59,436 nt of DNA from Candidatus Yanofskybacteria bacterium RIFCSPHIGHO2_01_FULL_41_21 (GTDB taxonomy: Bacteria; Patescibacteriota; Minisyncoccia; 2-02-FULL-40-12; GWA2-44-9). The notes beneath the pieces are model-generated. The model ran no database searches and had not been told where the DNA came from. It worked only from the letters and a program-made list of their open reading frames with translations. This document shows, one piece after another, positions 55,634-59,436 of the stretch; the stretch's first letter is position 1; every line of letters begins with the position of its first letter. The stretch covers positions 1 to 59,436 of the forward strand of contig MGJA01000013.1 in assembly GCA_001794025.1 (NCBI GenBank), in the 5' to 3' direction. Made by a program: the position numbers and the translations under genes.

Positions 55634-56662
55634 ATGCGTTATGACGTAATCACAATTGGTTCGGCATCACGAGATGTCTTTTTGAGTTCGCCAGATTTTA
55701 AAATAATCAATGGCGGGGAAACAATGGGGCAGATATTAGGGTTGCCTTTGGGTTCAAAAATTGAAGCGAAGAAAATTGTTTTTGCCACCGGAGGGGGTGG
55801 AACCAATACTGCTGTTACTTTTGCTCGTCAAGGATTTAAAACTGCTTGTATCAGTATTGTCGGGAATGATTTAAACGCCACGGCAATCCTGGAGGAATTG
55901 GCCAGCGAGAGTGTGGATACCAGCTTCTTTCAAAAACATATTGATGATATGACTGCATACTCTGTTATCTTGGTGCAAGACGGTGGAGAACGTGTAATTT
56001 TGTCATACAAGGGCGAAGGTCAACATTTTGAATCTTCACAGATTTCATTTGAACAACTTGAGGTTCACCCCGCCTCTGAAACAGGCGGGGCAAGTTGGCT
56101 TATGCTTGGAAGTTTAGGCGGACATTATGACCTTATAGAAAAAACATTAAATTGGGCGACTGATAAAGGTATTAAGATTGCAACCAATCCCGGTTCCAAA
56201 GAATTAGAATTAGGATTAGAAAAATTAAAACCGTTGCTTAAGCGATGTGCAGTAGTATCAATGAATCAAGAAGAAGCGGCGGGGTTGTTAGGACTAGAAT
56301 CTGATAAAGAAGAAGAAATATTTAAAGCTATGGATGAAATTGTAAACGGGATTTTTATTATGACCAAAGGCCATGATGGTGTGGCGGTGTCTGACGGTAA
56401 ATCAGTGTACCGCGCGGGCGTACCGGATTCGCCGATTGTGGAACGAACAGGAGCAGGGGATGCGTTTATATCCGGTTTCGTGGCTGAATATTCCCGTTCA
56501 GGCGATATTGTGAAATCAATTCAATTGGCGACCGCCAATTCTTCGTCAGTGGTAACTCAATATGGAGCCAAGGCCGGTATTTTAGAAAAAGGGAATACGG
56601 GTCTGTGGCCGTTAGTAGAAGTAACAATAAGTAATAAGCAAAAAGTAATAAGCAAAAAGTAA
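55634..56662 (+). CDS. PfkB-family carbohydrate kinase
   Basis: GGGGTNTA, NQEEA, ERTGAGDAF. Confidence 0.9.
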   Translation: MRYDVITIGSASRDVFLSSPDFKIINGGETMGQILGLPLGSKIEAKKIVFATGGGGTNTAVTFARQGFKTACISIVGNDLNATAILEELASESVDTSFFQKHIDDMTAYSVILVQDGGERVILSYKGEGQHFESSQISFEQLEVHPASETGGASWLMLGSLGGHYDLIEKTLNWATDKGIKIATNPGSKELELGLEKLKPLLKRCAVVSMNQEEAAGLLGLESDKEEEIFKAMDEIVNGIFIMTKGHDGVAVSDGKSVYRAGVPDSPIVERTGAGDAFISGFVAEYSRSGDIVKSIQLATANSSSVVTQYGAKAGILEKGNTGLWPLVEVTISNKQKVISKK

Positions 56663-56667
56663 TAAGT

Positions 56668-56757
56668 ATGACAAATCGAAGTGAAAACTTCCAGAAAAGA
56701 TCCTTCGACTTTGCAAAAAATGTTATTCGGCTTATTAGATCTCAAATTTGCTTTTGA
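56668..56757 (+). pseudogene. Truncated four-helix-bundle (23S-IVS/TIGR02436-like) gene remnant
   Basis: MTNRSENFQKRSFDFAKNVIRLI resembles that family's N-terminus; flanked by heptamer arrays. Confidence 0.5.
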
Positions 56758-56771
56758 CTTTTACCTTAATT

Positions 56772-58040
56772 ATGGATTCTTATCAAAAAATAGCCCGAAT
56801 TTTAAACACATCACCAGAGGCGTTGCAGGATTTGGATACAAAAATGATTGTTGTGACAGGAAAACAGGGTGTTATTGATAAAGTTGCTAAACAAAACGAC
56901 GAAACGGTTGGTCGCGTTCTTGAGGACTTAGGATTAACCCGTCAGTCAACCGCCGAAGAGGTCTATGATACTTTGACAGGAAAATTAATTGAAATTGATA
57001 AAAAATTGTTTGAATTGCTTGGACGACCAGATTTATCTAATCTATCCTCTGATTCAAGCAAAATACAAAATACGGCTTTTCAAGTTTTTACTCCTCCCCA
57101 AGGTCTATTTATTAAAAAAGAAAAAGTAGCCGAACTGCTGGCAAAGCAACCACCCCAGTCATTACTGGACCATTTTGATTATCAGAGTGTGGAGGAGTTG
57201 CTGGAGAAAGAAGGTTTTGCTTCCGTCGTGGCGGCTTTGCGATTTACCCAAACATCCGAATGGATGCGTCAATTTTTTGATGTGGCTTATGCCGATTTAA
57301 AACCGGAAGATTTTGAGAATAGAGATGTAGAAATTAAAGTTCTGGATATTAAATGGCTTACTATCGCTCAAAAATTTATGGGCAAAAAATTTCATAACGT
57401 CAGTCATCTAAAAGAATTTGGAATAATTTTTATCAGTCCCGATCCGATTGATATGCCCGGGGAGACATTACGGATGTTTATTTTGTTGTTACATTATCTA
57501 CATGAAGTCCCGTTTTATTCCGGTCTTTTCAGGAAATTTTTAAATGATTCTGATTTTGTAGCGAAACTTCAGTCGTTATTGCGAGGGGATGTGCTTGAAG
57601 AATCTGAAATATTAAAAATAAAATCTAAAAAATCTGCGGTGTGGTTGATTATTCAACGGTATCTAGCAAAAGATGATATTTATGATCCGCGTCTCGCCAT
57701 GCAGCATATCAGTCCTGAAGCGGAACATTGGTATCGGGTAGCTAATAATTTCGGGAAACTCGCCGAGGTTATGGGTGACAAGGAAGAAAAGTTCAGTATT
57801 TCATATTGGACAGAACTTGATCATGTTGGTGATTTCTTTAAAAATAAAGAAGGTGTTGATACTCTAGTCAGCTTTGATGTGGTAGATTTGATTATGTCCT
57901 TAGTTAAACAAGGCGAGATTAAATACCTCTATCATCAACAAGAAGCGATGTGGAATCATATTTTTTCCGAATATATGGGTCGGGACACAATGAATAAATT
58001 AACCGAAGAAAACATTATTAAAGGATTTATAGAACTTTAA
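56772..58040 (+). CDS. Conserved-looking hypothetical protein
   Basis: About 420-aa ORF with HNVSHLKE, HYLHE, PEAEHW and YHQQEA possible metal-binding motifs. Confidence 0.8.
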   Translation: MDSYQKIARILNTSPEALQDLDTKMIVVTGKQGVIDKVAKQNDETVGRVLEDLGLTRQSTAEEVYDTLTGKLIEIDKKLFELLGRPDLSNLSSDSSKIQNTAFQVFTPPQGLFIKKEKVAELLAKQPPQSLLDHFDYQSVEELLEKEGFASVVAALRFTQTSEWMRQFFDVAYADLKPEDFENRDVEIKVLDIKWLTIAQKFMGKKFHNVSHLKEFGIIFISPDPIDMPGETLRMFILLLHYLHEVPFYSGLFRKFLNDSDFVAKLQSLLRGDVLEESEILKIKSKKSAVWLIIQRYLAKDDIYDPRLAMQHISPEAEHWYRVANNFGKLAEVMGDKEEKFSISYWTELDHVGDFFKNKEGVDTLVSFDVVDLIMSLVKQGEIKYLYHQQEAMWNHIFSEYMGRDTMNKLTEENIIKGFIEL

Positions 58041-58162
58041 AAAGCAAAACAGTATTACCCTTCTGGGTACGCGTCAAAATCCTGCTGGATTTTGCGCTCA
58101 CTCTCGCGCCATCGCGCTCCGAAAGCCCCTTCAGGGCAACACTATTTTGCTTTTAAAAAATT

Positions 58163-59077
58163 ATGACATTAAACGACTATTTAAAAAAAGCTCGAGAAGG
58201 AAGATATGCTATCGGACATTTTAATTTTGCGACGGAAGATGTTTTGAAGGCGATTGTGGCGGGAGCGAAAGAGGCCGGCGCGACGTGTGTTATGGTCGGG
58301 ACGTCGGAGGGCGAAGCGGAGTTCGTTGGTCTTAAAGAAGCGGTGGCGTTGGTTCGAGCGGTGGCTGATGATATGCAGTTTCCTGTATTTTTGAATGCCG
58401 ACCATTTTAAATCATTTGAGAAATGCAAAGAAGCAATTGATGCCGGATATGATTCTATAATTGCCGACCCCGTCAGAAGCCGCTCCGTTTCGGCTGTCTC
58501 AGGACAGCCTGCTTCTAACGGGGCAAGTGGTCTTGGTTTTCAAGAGAGAGTAGATATTACACGACAAGTTGTTGAATATGCCCGTTCTGTGAATCCGGCC
58601 ATTTCTGTGGAAGGGGAGCTTGGATATTTGAAGGGCTCGTCAGAAGTTCAGACAAAAATTGAAATTAGTTCGGCAGATTATTCAAAACCTGAAGAGGTGG
58701 CTGATTTTATTACCAAAACGGGAGTAGACCGAATGGCTGTGGTTTTTGGTAATATCCATGGCATTGTCACTGATCAAGAAGAAAAACTGGATATTGAACA
58801 TTTTTTAAAAATAATAGCGACCGCGCCACAACCCTATTATGTTTTACACGGTGCGTCAGGATTAAAAGATGAAGACATTAAATTAGTTATTCAAGCCGGT
58901 ATTACAAATATCCATTTCAATACAGAACTTCGGGTAGCTTATCACGATAAACTGAAAGAGGAATTTACCGACCCATCTACTTCGTCTGAGACCACTCCCT
59001 ACAAATACCTCGCTCCCGCCGCCGAAGAAGTCAAAAAATTAGTGATGGCAAAAACTCGCTTGTTTATAGGTCGTTAA
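58163..59077 (+). CDS. fba: Class II fructose-bisphosphate aldolase with an 18-aa in-frame insertion
   Basis: HFNF, LNADH, EGELG, GNIHG, VLHGASG, FNTE. Confidence 0.92.
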   Translation: MTLNDYLKKAREGRYAIGHFNFATEDVLKAIVAGAKEAGATCVMVGTSEGEAEFVGLKEAVALVRAVADDMQFPVFLNADHFKSFEKCKEAIDAGYDSIIADPVRSRSVSAVSGQPASNGASGLGFQERVDITRQVVEYARSVNPAISVEGELGYLKGSSEVQTKIEISSADYSKPEEVADFITKTGVDRMAVVFGNIHGIVTDQEEKLDIEHFLKIIATAPQPYYVLHGASGLKDEDIKLVIQAGITNIHFNTELRVAYHDKLKEEFTDPSTSSETTPYKYLAPAAEEVKKLVMAKTRLFIGR

Positions 59078-59080
59078 TAT

Positions 59081-59285
59081 CCCTCCACCCCAACCCCCGA
59101 CTTAATTATCCGTAAAATTGTACTAGCGTCACTTGGAGTACACTCTTATCCCCAGACCCAGGGAACCAGTCCCGTCGGTTCCCCTAAAGGGACCCCCTCC
59201 ACTACTGGGTCTAAGAGCATACCCCAAGTGACTTAGAGTGAAATTACTCTGCGACTTCTCGCTTAGGGTTAGGGTGTTAGTCGCT
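59081..59285. repeat. Long MITE-like structured repeat, copy D (core 59128-59232)
   Basis: Homologous to 42806-43029. Confidence 0.85.
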
Positions 59286-59436
59286 ATTTAATCCGTATTT
59301 TTGCTTTTCTTGCGGATTTTTTTTAATGTGATATAATCTTGGCTACCAATCAAAGGTAAATTCCCCTCTCAAGTGCAACTTTCAGTAGTAGCTTCTCTCT
59401 GTTTCTCTTTTAATATACCGGATACTTGTGCTACCT

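Noticed and set aside
1..59436. Alternative genetic code (TGA read as Gly)
   Set aside because: Genes are full-length in the standard code and several end at TGA at the expected position

Overview
A low-GC bacterial window with the look of a Patescibacteria (CPR, Parcubacteria-like) chromosome. That assignment is inferred from gene content, scarce Shine-Dalgarno motifs and repeat types. Left part: the 3' portion of a P-type ATPase, then a tRNA-Asn(GTT) gene split by a 182-nt group I intron. Beside it is an accessory island (about 2.1-25 kb). Its left-pointing core encodes a large serine recombinase, terminase large and small subunit-like genes, a ParB-DNA methyltransferase and an HTH protein, but no portal, capsid or tail genes. 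Its right-pointing cargo starts with a strongly structured, pseudoknotted leader and carries defence-like genes: a NucS-like nuclease, a single-chain R-M enzyme, a HEPN-like/helical/HEPN trio, and an HATPase-STAS-GIY-YIG cassette between 38-bp direct repeats. Right part: glycogen genes, a surface array (1700-aa adhesin, dockerin protein, anchored cohesin protein), redox genes (DsbA x2, DsbB, glutaredoxin, SOD, TrxB), nfo, tgt, a protein O-mannosyltransferase and sugar-phosphate genes (rpiB, rpe, a PfkB kinase, fba). The most striking unexplained signal is a set of small hairpin repeats. Several sit in-frame inside housekeeping enzymes, others supply start codons, some are nested in one another, and one multibranch element occurs four times with compensatory base changes.
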